Shown piece by piece: positions 14,786 to 26,986 of a DNA stretch of 64,000 nucleotides. Under the pieces are notes generated by a model. It was not told the DNA's origin, did no database searches, and saw only the letters and a list, made by a program, of their open reading frames with translations. Made by a program: the position numbers and the translations under genes. The stretch is from Diadema antillarum (taxonomy: Eukaryota): assembly GCF_040938485.1 (NCBI RefSeq), contig NW_027270993.1, forward strand, positions 248,001-312,000, written 5' to 3'. Numbering within the stretch: position 1 is the first letter of the stretch; every line of letters starts with the position of its first letter.

Positions 14786-14899
14786 TAACAAGCCTTAGGA
14801 TACACAAGTTGTCCTTTTTACTGAAAAAAAACCTGGCATATTCTTACTCACCTATTACATAATTATTGAGACATTCACAGCGAAAAACTAAACACAAAC

Positions 14900-15441
14900 C
14901 GGTGGCGGATCCACACAAATCATTGTTATCCAATTAATAAAAGACTGTGATTTGTTGTTTGTAAAATAGAAAAAATTGAAATGAAAATGAAATACCTGTT
15001 ATTTTTGAGTGACAATAGAAATATCAATTTTAAATGACGCGCTTTATACAGCGTACTTACCATTCAAGAGCATGATTTTAAGCGTAGAACAACATCGCAA
15101 TGTTCATTCCCGATGATCGTAGTGAGGCGTACCGAGCACTACATGTATCATGTCTTGTTGGTCATAAAAACAGCGTTCTCACGGCATTCTAATACCGCTT
15201 TGGGTTCAGATCGGTTCATGTTGTACCCGATAATACCTGATCTGAAAAAAAAAGAAAAAAAAAAGAAAAATGCCATATCGTCGCGAGGGTGGCAAAGTGA
15301 GCTCGAAGAAAATGTATGAAAACCCGCGCTCTATCAATGGCGATTTATCGAATAGGCCTGAAAAATAAAATAAAATAAAGACATAAATTTCAAAATTAAA
15401 AGGATGGGGGTCCCTTGCGCTCCTGCCTGGATCCACCACTG
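14900..15441. mobile_element. Degenerate MITE remnant of the CAG(T/G)GGCGGATCCA family
   Basis: Left CGGTGGCGGATCCA, right TGGATCCACCACTG (2 mismatches); termini resemble the element at 47609. TSD is not convincing. Confidence 0.4.
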
Positions 15442-15888
15442 CAGAACGAAGCAGTTCATTTGACATATTTAAAGTTCAAAGGTATGAGCAATACTTGTCG
15501 GTGTAATTCAGGCCTTCGTGAAATTCTGTTGTAAAAAATACTGTCCACGATGTGTGTTGTCTTTACTTTAGTGCAATTTATTTGTTTGTGTTAACTATTT
15601 TTTATAATTATTTCCTTTTACATTATTGCTTTCTGAACGCCTTCAACTGTAAATGATCCAAATTTAAAGATGCATTTACATCGTACAATTCAACAACACA
15701 GCAAGGCAACGAGTAAATATAAGAAAGGATTGAGCATGCACATTCCTTCATGGGCCAGATTTTGTCCAGATAGTGAAATACATTGTATGACCACTGTAAA
15801 TGCCTCACTCTGATTCTATACTAAAAGTTTGTTACAGAATGAAATTCTAACTATGAATATATGAATTTGTATTTCAGATGTTGTCCGA

Positions 15889-16140
15889 NNNNNNNNNNNN
15901 NNNNNNNNNNNNNNNNNNNNNNNNNNNNNNNNNNNNNNNNNNNNNNNNNNNNNNNNNNNNNNNNNNNNNNNNNNNNNNNNNNNNNNNNNNNNNNNNNNNN
16001 NNNNNNNNNNNNNNNNNNNNNNNNNNNNNNNNNNNNNNNNNNNNNNNNNNNNNNNNNNNNNNNNNNNNNNNNNNNNNNNNNNNNNNNNNNNNNNNNNNNN
16101 NNNNNNNNNNNNNNNNNNNNNNNNNNNNNNNNNNNNNNNN
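15889..16140. other. Assembly gap (N run)
   Basis: Run of n. Confidence 1.
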
Positions 16141-16439
16141 AGTGTATATGCATATGAAGAAAATATAAACAGAATTGAACATATTTTCATATTTCTAGCA
16201 AAATGAAAGAGTACTTGACAGACTTCTTTCAGAAGGCAGAGGGAACATTATTACCCTTAACAAGTGTCAGTAACAAGTCAAGGGAATGTGTCCATTGTAC
16301 TATTCATAAAAAATGAAATCTTGTGGAACTCTCTTTACACACTGTGTATTTTCTTTATACATTGGCATCACCCATCCATGATGTCACAAACTGTTGGAGT
16401 CTTCTCATACTGAAATGGCTGCACCAAAACTTTTAAATG

Positions 16440-16535
16440 GGTTGTCAGATTATCTTAAAAATTCACAGATGTGTTCTACTGATATTGCTACATTCACTCA
16501 TTTTACACATTTAAAATTTGGGTGAACTTGTCCTA
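16440..16535. mobile_element. Right-end fragment of the Kolobok-like MITE family seen at 22205
   Basis: gatgtgtt.cact.atattgct...ggtgaacttgtcct matches the 3' end of the 22205-22771 element. Confidence 0.6.
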
Positions 16536-16858
16536 AAAGTTTATCTACGCTTGTTCATTTGTTGTTTCTCATCTCACAGTGATAAATTCAACTAATTGAT
16601 TGATTAATTTATCATATTGTATAACAGAACAAACTAGACAGGGGTTGCCTCATTGAACTTTTCTGTCTTTTTTTTTTTAATAAAACAAAGTACCAACAGA
16701 CATTTTCAATTTAATACACAGATTCAACAAAATTATACTGTCAACACCAAAATCATTCATGATTCTTGCCAAAAGGCAATATATCCAAAAACAATCTCAA
16801 ACAAGAAGAATAATACCAGTATACAAAACATGTACATCATGCGTGGAGGATATTTCCA

Positions 16859-17038
16859 CAGTGCACTCCCTTTATAACAAACAGGATAACAAAATTCTTG
16901 TTACAATGAAATCAAAATTCAGGTGTCAAAATTATCATTCCTATATCTTTATATATTATGCAATTCAGTTAATGAAACTTTGTCATAACAAAAGAAAACT
17001 GCCGCTTCCAAGGACTTTGTTATAATGGACCTACAATG
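16859..17038. mobile_element. Tigger-like MITE, degenerate copy
   Basis: Starts CAGTGCACTCCC and is collinear with the copies at 17137 and 63630; right TIR is decayed. Confidence 0.65.
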
Positions 17039-17136
17039 TACCCTGAGAGCTCTTCAAATGGTAGCATCCAGGTAGCATAGACTACTAGTAATGGAGAAAT
17101 ATGTGTAATTTGAAAAAAAAAAAAATCTTCATTGTA

Positions 17137-17318
17137 CAGTGCACTCCCGTTATAACGAACAGTTATAACAAAATTCTGGTTACAACAAAATAAAAATTCA
17201 GGATGCAACATTATCTGCTCTATGTTTTTTATTGTTCATTGTTCAATTAGAACGAAGTTTCGATATAAGAAAAGAAAACTGCCAGTCCCGAAGACTTCGT
17301 TATGATACGAGTCCACTG
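17137..17318. mobile_element. Tigger-like MITE
   Basis: TA-CAGTGCACTCCCGTTATAACGAA...TTCGTTATGATACGAGTCCACTG-TA; same family as 63630-63816. Confidence 0.85.
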
Positions 17319-18237
17319 TATCCAGGATGGATTTAGCGCCTTTTGGTTGAAAGATCTTCATATACATTGTCTAATGACATCTCTCTCCCTCTCACTCTTT
17401 CTCTCTACTTCTCTCATCTCTTTTTCTATCTGTCTATCTCTCTCTAATAATCTTGTGTTAATCATTACTTCTTACTTTTTTTTCTACAAATAATTTTCTC
17501 AACAGAACAGAAATACATTGTATAAGACATTCTCTTAAATGATTAGGGTACAGTAATAATGCACTGATTGATAAGATCTATTCATATTTTCATACTTGAG
17601 ATGCTATGCATACATATTAAAATCAATGAACTCATTGGCTTTTCTCATATTTCTCCTGACTGAATTTTTTTTTTCATTTTGTCATCACTATTTTCTTTGC
17701 TGTAGACATCATTTGTGATATCAGAGTCTTATTGTCAACATCATTATAAGATTTTATAATGAGTCTTCAATAATCACCAATATCCAAACAGTGTACGGCT
17801 TTGTAACATGTTGACTAAAAGCCTATTACATTCACAATATACATCTGTGTGATGCACTTTGTTACTTCAAGAGGTATACGAGACTTTGGATACACAACAT
17901 ACATTTAAAACAACACAGTACATGTATCTTGGAATTTAGAGAGTTCATTTCATCTGATCTTAAACCCTCCCCTACCTCCCTCTCCCACCCCCACCCCCCC
18001 CCAAAAAAAAAAACACCCAAAAACAAAAACAAAAAAGAAAGATGGATGGGAAAAAAAAAACAATCCACAAACATCGGGTAGAGTTCCTCAAGAAATGAGC
18101 ATGCATTTCCACTCTGAAAAGTGAGTTCCTGTAGAATGCAAGCTGAGGATTCTTCTCTTGCTCCTGAGGCATTGTGAATATGTCTCTTGTATTTTTTTCC
18201 TTGTCAGTTCCAGTTTGAAGAAATTCACATCTATCCA

Positions 18238-21178
18238 TCAGTATCCAGGCATTTTGTGGATCGCTATTGTAACATCCTGATGTGATTTGACGAGAACATT
18301 CCTACGAGAGAAACAAAATATAGAGCATTATTGTGATTGCAATTTAGTTCTAGGATTACCAGAATTCAAGATTATAATTAGCACATACAACCGTATTTAT
18401 TTGTGAGTACTGGATGGAATAAATTATTACACAAATCAGACAAATGGTCTAGTTTGTCTTTTTTGAGATAAGAGGTTGGAATGGCAGCTCCCCTGAGATA
18501 GAGTGAGCATTTAGCAGTGTTCCAGATTTAGGGGGTCTCCAAGGAGGAAAAGAACCTACAGAAAACCCTCAAAAAAAAGGGGGGGTCAGAAATGAGATAG
18601 GGGTGCTTTTAGAGGGAGGTAACAAGCATTATTATGTGTACCCTAATAACATGGGGGGGGGGGGTATATTTCCACGAGGTCATCTGAGGGAAGGTTCCGT
18701 GTCTGTGTAGTGTATAACAGGTGTATTAGAATGTGGGAGTCAAACATAATGTAAAGTCCTCCACACTCACCCTCCATCAGACTCTAGACATATCACAGGA
18801 GCGTTTGGGCTCTCGGGAACAAGAAGAGAAGCCTGGTGAGCCAGAGATGCTACAAGACCTGCAGAATCTGCTGAGGCTGTCCCTTTTGCTGTGGAGGGAA
18901 GGAACAAACTATATTTAGATATTTGAGAACACAATTCATACATATCTTATAATTTTCATAGAAGAAAACACACCATTTTCATTGAAGAAAATGTAAACAC
19001 TCATGCTAAACAGCTAAAGTGAACACAAGTAGGAGCACTACTTGTTGTTAGTTGCCTTTTATCAGATGAATTGAACAACACTTTTCACATTAAGAAGAAT
19101 CCCTTGCACAGCAACCAACAAGTCTGTAGGAGTACAAACCTACATCTATGAGGTAACCACACACTGCTCTGTCTAGATGTACATGTACTTCAGAACAAGG
19201 TTATAACAATAACAATTTAAACAATCAAATGCATACACAGGGATTAAAATTAAAAACCAGTACTAGTATTCAACCACTCATCTAGCTTGTCTCTGATTGG
19301 AAGAGAGGAGATTTTTCAGCAAATATGAAAGCACATAGGGCAGGTGGCTATTAAGTCATATGTAAAAACACACACACACACCATATCATTGTCTGAGCAG
19401 AACAATGGGGTTAAAAAAAAAGGATGATTCTTACTCAATGTGATCTGGTTAATCAGCATTGTAGACAGCAATTTGATTTTTCATTGCCCTTTGGCCGCTG
19501 CTAAGTCTTTGTTATATAAGCTATTCATTCATATACATGTAAATCTGTATCAGCCCAAACAAATATTACCACCATTTCTCATCAATATTGCTGTTATGAG
19601 TAGGCCTACATGTGCATGTGCATTGTAGATACTATGACTTACCACTGTAGCATAAACCTTGCTTGTCAGCACACAAAACACCCATCACACCTTGGGATTC
19701 CATGCTGCACAGAAGATTGAAAAATACAGTTTTCACACACATATAGACCCTATGTAAGATTTGTCTACTTATCAAGCAATTTTTGAAATCATTATCCAAA
19801 TATGCCCAAATATAAAAATACACAAGATGCAAAAGCTTGTCATTCTGTATCATTCTTCTTCAAATGACAGAAAATCAATTGCTGTGTTCTGATCTCATTT
19901 CGTAAGGAAGAAAAAGGTTAAACATTTCATTTTTTCCTTTAAGAATAAGTTACACTGGATATTACAGTGTATCCATCAAATTTCAAAACATATGTTTAGG
20001 CCTAAATGACCTAATAATGACACAAAGTCATCATTCTAATTATCAAATAAAAACAAACATTTTATTAACCTGCCAACAAACAGCTCATCACGAAAGGATA
20101 CTACTGGCCTAGATATGTGTTGAAATAAAAAAAACCCACAAAATTAACAATAACATTTATAGACACTAAATGCATTTTCAGGGGATAAATACAATTATTG
20201 ACTAAAGTACTAGTAAGTTGTTCGAGCGCTGAATTTAACTTCATAATATTGTGAATGAGCATAATAATGCTAATGCTCATTCACAATATTATGAAGTTAA
20301 ATTCAGCGCTCGAAGTTGTTCGAGTGCTGAATTTAACTTTGTAATATTGTGAATGAGCATAATGCTAATGCTCATTCACAATATTACGAAGTTAAATTCA
20401 GCGCTCGAACAACTTACTAGTACATGTACTTTAGTCAATAAACGTAAGTCGTACAATATAGTGATTATACGGAGCATTTGGCTTGCCGTAGTCGTTCGTG
20501 CGGTAATTTTTCAAACGAAGGCGGCGATGAATTGGGGAGCGCTGCAAAGAAGTGGAGGAAACGACCAGAAAACAGGAGGAAACAGTGGAAGAGGTGAGTC
20601 AAAATGTTTACTGATTAATCCTGTATATATTTTTTTCCAAATTGGTTGGAAAACCAAGCTGGAAAAAATAATAATAACCATTTTTATGCGGGGGGAACTG
20701 GGTCGAAGTTGCGTTGAATCAAAACGATTCAAACCGTCGCAATAGCGTATGTATCAATGGTGTCTGTCTAAAGAAGCGAAAAACTGACCCAGCAAATGTC
20801 ATTATTATAAATGATAAGTTTTTCGCGGAATTAGACAGACTTGTCGGTCAACTAGACGTTGCAAAGTTAGCATTTCCATTGGAAACACAGGCATCAAAAT
20901 CTCTGTCTTTACTGCGTCATCCTGCCAGATTTAACAAAACGCTGCATACGTTATTTTCCATCAACAACCATCGCGATCGGAATTCTATGCAGGGAGCCAA
21001 CACGCACACAACAAATACAGTATGTGGGATTGTGTTAAAAATGTGAGCGCATATCTCGAAGAGAACACGATACATTGTAATACATTCGCGGGCGTGAAAC
21101 TGCTGACCCGGTCATAATCTACACTGGCTAATTTGGAACTTACGTGTCATCCAGTAGCTTGTCAAGATTCTGCTCCAT
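18238..21178 (-). CDS. LAMTOR5: Ragulator complex protein LAMTOR5 (HBXIP), 92 aa
   Basis: Exons 21178-21144, 19704-19643, 18888-18771, 18301-18238 (GT-AG, phases 2/1/2) give MEQNLDKLLDDTMESQGVMGVLCADKQGLCYSAKGTASADSAGLVASLAHQASLLVPESPNAPVICLESDGGNVLVKSHQDVTIAIHKMPGY, collinear with human LAMTOR5 (GVLCTDSQGL, PVVCLESDNGN, VAVHKM). The ORF track missed it. Confidence 0.96.
20196..20440. repeat. Tandem double hairpin (two fold-back units inside one outer inverted repeat), LAMTOR5 intron 1
   Basis: Perfect 42-bp arms 20221-20262/20273-20314; second hairpin 20315-20412; outer IR TATTGACTAAAGTAC/GTACTTTAGTCAATA. Confidence 0.9.
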
Positions 21179-21520
21179 TTTGACGAGTATAGTGTTCCTG
21201 TTGAGTGTGTTCAGCGTGGAATTGTCCAAAGAACCCTTCTTAGCTAGCTCACCGTAGCAGCACTTTTTGTGCATTGAACGTACGGTCATGTGATCATGTC
21301 CCAGTAAATCACATGATCTGCAGAGCTTGTTGCTAGTCTGTGCTTGGGATCAACTGGGAGGGCTGGCAGGTGCGTCGGCGGAGCTCGTGGAGCAGCCTTT
21401 TCTTTGACCAAAGTGACCTTGTTTTAGGCAGGTACGTTGCGTCCACAGCACTTTCCTGAGCTTTGATTAACGTCCTTATAAGACAGAGACTGTCAATTTT
21501 ACCTAAGCAAGCGAGCCAAA
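21179..21520. promoter_or_regulatory. Bidirectional promoter region LAMTOR5/ABHD14B with paired E-boxes
   Basis: Start codons are 342 bp apart head-to-head; TCATGTGA at 21286-21293 and its inverse TCACATGA at 21309-21316. Confidence 0.7.
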
Positions 21521-23728
21521 ATGACCGAAAAGGTTGAAAGTGAAAGCTGGGAGAAGCTTGTGACCGATGTACGGACCAAGGCAGGTGTCAGCTACGTAGA
21601 ACAGGAAGGAAAGGTTGATATTAACGGCCGCAGCATATTCTATCGAAAAGTTTCTAAAGGAACCACGGAGAGCTGCCGGGGTCACGTTATCTTCCTTCAC
21701 GCTGGCTGCTACTCATCGCAGACGTGGCTTGAGCATGGTTCGATGCACTACTTTGCCAGCTATGGCTATTCTTCCACTGCTATTGACATGCCAGGTGTTT
21801 ATCTGATCTTTATCAAATACCCTCCTCTACTAAAGAGTTTTTCATCGAATAAAGTATGTATATCTGCTAATTGAAGACATTGTAAAATGCCCATATGTTA
21901 CTGTTAAATCTTATGCGTGACATTTGAGAAAAATACTAGGATGATTTAGCTTAAACCATTTTAAACACGATCAACTTCATTCTCCATTTTAAGAGATAAT
22001 GAATCATCTGTTTGCCCCCTCCTTCACTTGTGATATGTGTGTTAGATCAATGTTTTGTTTATTCAATTAAGAAGCCTCGATCGTCTACGGGTTTCAGTTA
22101 ATTTTAGGCATTATTGAAAATAGTAAAGAATGCATCCATATTTTGTATGGATTTGTCTTAATGTGAATACAATGTACTGTGGTTTATTGCTCATTTACTT
22201 TTAAAGGACAAGTTCACCTTCATAAACATAAGGATTGAGAAAATGTAGCAATATTATTAGAACACGTCATTGAAAGTTTGAGGAAAATCGGACAATCCGT
22301 TCAAAAGTTATGATTTTTTGAAGTTTTTGTTCAGTAATCGCTGGATGAGAAGACTACTGCAGTGTACGATGTCACATGCATACAACAATACATTGTATAA
22401 GGAAAATATAAAGAGAATTTCACAAAATTTCATCTTTTGAAAAAAGTGCACATTCCTTTGACCCGTTACCGACATATGTCATGGGTAATATTATTCCCCC
22501 TACCTTTAGAAAGAGGCAAGTCAAATGCTCTTTTATTATGCGAAAAAGATGAAAATATGTTGAATTTTCTTTATATTTTCTTTATACTGCTGTACTCATA
22601 TGACATCACAAGCTGTAGTAAGTCTCCTCGTCCAGCAGTTCCAACACAAAAATTGTAAAAATTCATAACTTTTGCATCGATTGTCCAATTTTCCTCAAAC
22701 TTTCACTGATGTGTTCCACTAATATTGCTGTATTTTCTCAATCCTTATGGATATGAAGGTGAACTTGTCCTTTAAGCTATGTGTACCAGGAATGCATAAT
22801 GTAATCAATGGGCAAATTAATGCAGCAGTAAGATCAGTTGTATCATAAAAGTTTGAAGTCTTAACTGTGCACTTCTATGTTTTTGAAACAACTGTTTTCA
22901 TTTCCTTATAATTTCAGGATATGGACAAACTGGACTAGTCAAGATGGATGTGGGTGACCCTGTGACCTTCATGAAGTGTTTGTACCAAGCACTCAAAATT
23001 GAGAGGCCGGTCATTATCAGTCCCTCGAGGAGTGGTGACTTATCCATCCCTCTTATTATGGAACATCCTGAGCTAGTGCGAGGATACGTACCAGTGTCTC
23101 CTCACTCAACTGACAAATACACCCCACAGGACTATCAGAAAAATCAGGTACATCTCTTCTCCTACCAAAACTTAGTTCCAATGTTCATTTTCTCTTTGTA
23201 CTGAATTGTTTTTGTGTTAAGAAACAGTGCTGCTTTCAGACTTAGCTGTGCTAGATAATCCTGTAACTAGAGAATCAAGTAAATTGCAGTTGCCTTAATC
23301 TATCCATGTCTTTCAAATTTAATTGATTTTTTTTAAGTGACTGTATTGTAATGAACTTGCTGAAATTCTAGAATGCATTTTTATAAAAAAAAAAAGTTTT
23401 CAGTGAATTGCTCAGAATTGGTCAACAAAATTGATTTCAGAATGTATATTTTTCCCCAAAGTTGAAAATCAGTCTCACACATTCTTGAGTCTTTTGAAGT
23501 TTGCATTTTATTCTTATAAACAATACTCTTTATGTTTGGCAGACACAAACCCTCATCACGTATGGTGAGAATGACACAGAGGCGGGTCGCAAGGCAACTG
23601 CCAATCTCAGGAACCTGCCCAATCACAGAGCCCAGGAGTTCCTAGGGGCAGGTCATCATCCTTACATGGATAGCCCAGTCGAGTGGCATCAACTGGTGTA
23701 CAACTTTGTGGAAAGCCTCGCTGAGTAA
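21521..23728 (+). CDS. ABHD14B: ABHD14B-like alpha/beta hydrolase (lysine deacetylase family)
   Basis: Exons 21521-21794, 22918-23147, 23543-23728 (phases 1, 0). Motifs FLHAGCYSSQTW, AIDMPGYG, nucleophile PVIISPSRSG (human SPSLSG), YGENDT (Asp), GAGHHPYMD (His); catalytic triad intact. Confidence 0.93.
22205..22771. mobile_element. Kolobok-like MITE in ABHD14B intron 1
   Basis: TTAA-AGGACAAGTTCACCTTCATA...TATGAAGGTGAACTTGTCCT-TTAA; perfect TIRs, TTAA TSD. Confidence 0.85.
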
Positions 23729-25473
23729 AAGATTCATCACTCATCCATGATTTGTAAATCTCAGGTACAAGATACCTCATTCAAAATTATTAAAATGGCA
23801 GAAGTTTATGAGAGAATAACTTGGATAAGACTTTACAGTACTGGAATTGGAATCTTATGTTCATTTTAGACTCAAACTTATGCCAGAGTGATTTTAAAGC
23901 AAGCAGTGGATAATGATAAGCTGATGTATCACAAAGTCAGGATTATGTTTTCCATTATGATTACTACTTATCTGGTCTTGTAGGTATGATTGTTTCTGAG
24001 TCATCACCTCACAATTTCCCATTGACCGTGTACAAATACTGAAAAAAATTCTTTTGCTATTAATGTTATACATGTACTTTGATGAATAATTCAAAATAAT
24101 TAGCAGTCAGATATATTCAGATTTGAGACTGGGGCATAATTAGGTTTGAGTAAAAAAAAAGAAAGATTAAAAACTGGAAAATTCAAGAGTTTGTGTACAT
24201 ACTTTGACAAATTGTTTGTGCAATAACATTAAATCACTTATTTGCATATATTCATTATGTACTTTTTACGAAGTATTTTGTAAAAATTAGCAGAACTTCC
24301 TCACTTTTATCTGATTTTGATCAAATTTTCACTTTTGTGCATGTAAAATTTCACTCTTCTTTTCAGGCTAAATTCAGACTGGTCTGGAATTTCCCCTTAA
24401 ATTACAAATACTCGAACACAAGCAGCAAGATGTAATGTCTGGCTTTTTGAAGCTCGCACCAGCATTTGGTGCCATCCAGTCAACCTTTCTGTCCATATAC
24501 GGTGTATTTCTTCACATATTTTCCATATTATATATATACACGTGTATTACATATATTACATATATATTCCATATTTTCTTCACATTCGTTTTTGAGCCCA
24601 CCACACACCCAAATTTCTCTCTTTTATACCACGTTCATTGATAACGTGTTTTAATTCATATCAAGGCACATGAGTTCTGTTTGTTCCTCCAGGCAGATCA
24701 TTGTTTCTGTGAAAAAAAAAAAATGTTCTTCAAATGACCAAGAGATTAAAGTTGTGAATCTTCTTAAGGTGTTCTCCTTTGATGTTTACTGGAACAAAAA
24801 CTGCTAATTAGTGGATTGAAAAATATAATTTGGTATAACTTGGTATGAGAAATATGAAGCCCTGTACTTCGCAAAAATGACGAATACGGGAACTGTAAAT
24901 GCAGTCAATATCTTTTCAACATGTCTATGTTTGCAAAAACATCGTAGATTATGCCATGGATGCACAGTTCATAATCATGTACATGTACACTGTACAAGTA
25001 CGTAGACATGCATGTCCTTTGTAACTGTTCATTGAGTGAACACATCCATCTACGTTTCCAGTGTGATTGTGTGTAACCTTTATACATAGTATGTCTTTCG
25101 GTGTGTCGGTTAAAGGGTAAAATGTATTCTTAGACATTAAGTTCTTGTTGATGTGGACCATTATGTCTTGTTTTGTTTTAAGTTAGAAGCAACTGATGTG
25201 TTACAGAAATCGAAGATGCTACATTGCCTAAATCAAAGTCATCTCCCAACGTTCATTTTGAGTGGCTTCAAATAAGTTATGCTTATTCTATTATGTAATA
25301 GGTTGATGGTGATTTTTCACTTGGGATTTCCATGCAACTCGGCAGATATAGCTACGATCACGCACAAAAAAAAAAGATTTTCTTCATGTAAATGTATTCC
25401 CATAGCAATTATAGTTGTAATATGATTGTCGTTTTCGTGATTGCTTATTTTGTTGTCATGTTTTATGGAATCA

Positions 25474-26986
25474 TTATACCCCCGCCAAACGAAGTTTGAA
25501 GGGGGTATATAGGAATCAGCGGACGGTCGGTCGGGCGGTCGGGCGGTCGGGCGGTCGGTCGGGCGGTCGGTCCGTTGCAAATCTTGCGTCACGAACTACT
25601 TCCTCAGTTTTCAACCGATTCCCATAAAACTTGGCACAGATGTGTGCCTTGGGTTGTAGATGTGCAAGATGTATTTTTTTGACAGTACCCAAAAGTACGT
25701 TGCCATGGTAACGGCATATTATGGGCAAAAATGGGTACAAATCTTGCGTCGCGAACTACTTCCTCAGTTTTCAACCGATTCCCATAAAACTTGGCACAGA
25801 TGTGTGCCTTGGGTTGTAGATGTGCTAGACATATTTTTTGACAGTACCCAAAAGTACGTTGCCATGGTAATGGCATATTATGGGCAAAAATGGGTACAAA
25901 TCTTGCGTCGCGAACTACTTCCTCAGTTTTCAACCGATTCCCATAAAACTTGGCACAGATGTGTGCCTTGGGTTGTAGATGTGCAAGACATATTTTTTGA
26001 CAGTACCCAAAAGTACGTTGCCATGGTAATGGCATATTATGGGCAAAAATGGGTACAAATCTTGCGTCGCGAACTACTTCCTCAGTTTTCAACCGATTCC
26101 CATAAAACTTGGCACAGATGTGTGCCTTGGGTTGTAGATGTGCAAGACATATTTTTTGACAGTACCCAAAAGTACGTTGCCATGGTAATGGCATATTATG
26201 GGCAAAAATGGGTACAAATCTTGCGTCGCAAACTACTTCCTCAGTTTTCAACCGATTCCCATAAAACTTGGCACAGATGTGTGCCTTGGGTTGTAGATGT
26301 GCAAGACATATTTTTTGACAGTACCCAAAAGTACGTTGCCATGGTAATGGCATATATATGGGCAAAAATGGGTACAAATCTTGCTTCGCGAACTCCTCCC
26401 ACAGTTTTTGATCAATTTTTATGAAATTAGGTACAGATGTTCATCTGAATATGTTAATGTGCAAGACACATATTTCTGCAGTGGCAAAAAGTGGCATGTT
26501 ATTGGCATGTTATTGGTAAAATATAGGGCAAAATGCTTCATGGCAAAACTGCTTCATCAGTGTTCTTCCAATTCTCATGGAATTCATATTGAATGTTTGT
26601 CTTAGGATATAGGTCAGCATGACACATTTCTTGACAGTGACAAAAAGTATGTTGCCATGGTAACAGCTCACATATTATGAGCCAAAATGATGGAAAATTT
26701 TGTGTTGCAAACTACTTCCTCAGTTTTTGCCCAATTTCCATGAAACTTGGTACAGATGTGTGCCTTTGGTTGTAGATGTGCAAGACGCATTTTTCGACAG
26801 TACCCGAAAGTACGTTGCCAGGGTAACGGCATATTAATGGCAGAAGATCAAGGAAAGATCTTGCGGATTTAACTACTTCCTCAGTTTTTTGACCAATTTA
26901 AAAGCTTATCAAATGTTGTTTTGACCAAAGCTTATGAAATGTTGTTTGGCGGGGGTATAACCAGTCGCTGTAGCGACATTTCTAGT
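25474..26986 (+). mobile_element. Helentron-associated HINE carrying a tandem-repeat array
   Basis: 17-bp subterminal IR TTATACCCCCGCCAAAC (25474-25490)/GTTTGGCGGGGGTATAA (26944-26960), 5' partial IR GGGGGTATA, (GGTC/GGGC)n microsatellite 25521-25572, 3' hairpin GTCGCT-GT-AGCGAC, CTAG-TTTT end. Confidence 0.85.
25579..26900. repeat. 159-bp tandem (minisatellite/satellite) array, ~8 units
   Basis: ATCTTGCG(T)C recurs at 25581, 25741, 25900, 26059, 26218, 26378; five near-identical units, then ~3 diverged units. Confidence 0.95.

Noticed and set aside
15816-16190. ORFs spanning N runs (also at 42809-43027 and 61698-61886)
   Set aside because: Artefacts of assembly gaps.
25604-26424. Two long ORFs (257 and 254 aa) with 53-aa repeats; superficially a repeat protein or CRISPR-like array
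   Set aside because: They are by-products of a 159-bp (divisible by 3) tandem array inside a HINE. Both strands are open, there are no unique spacers, and there are no cas genes.
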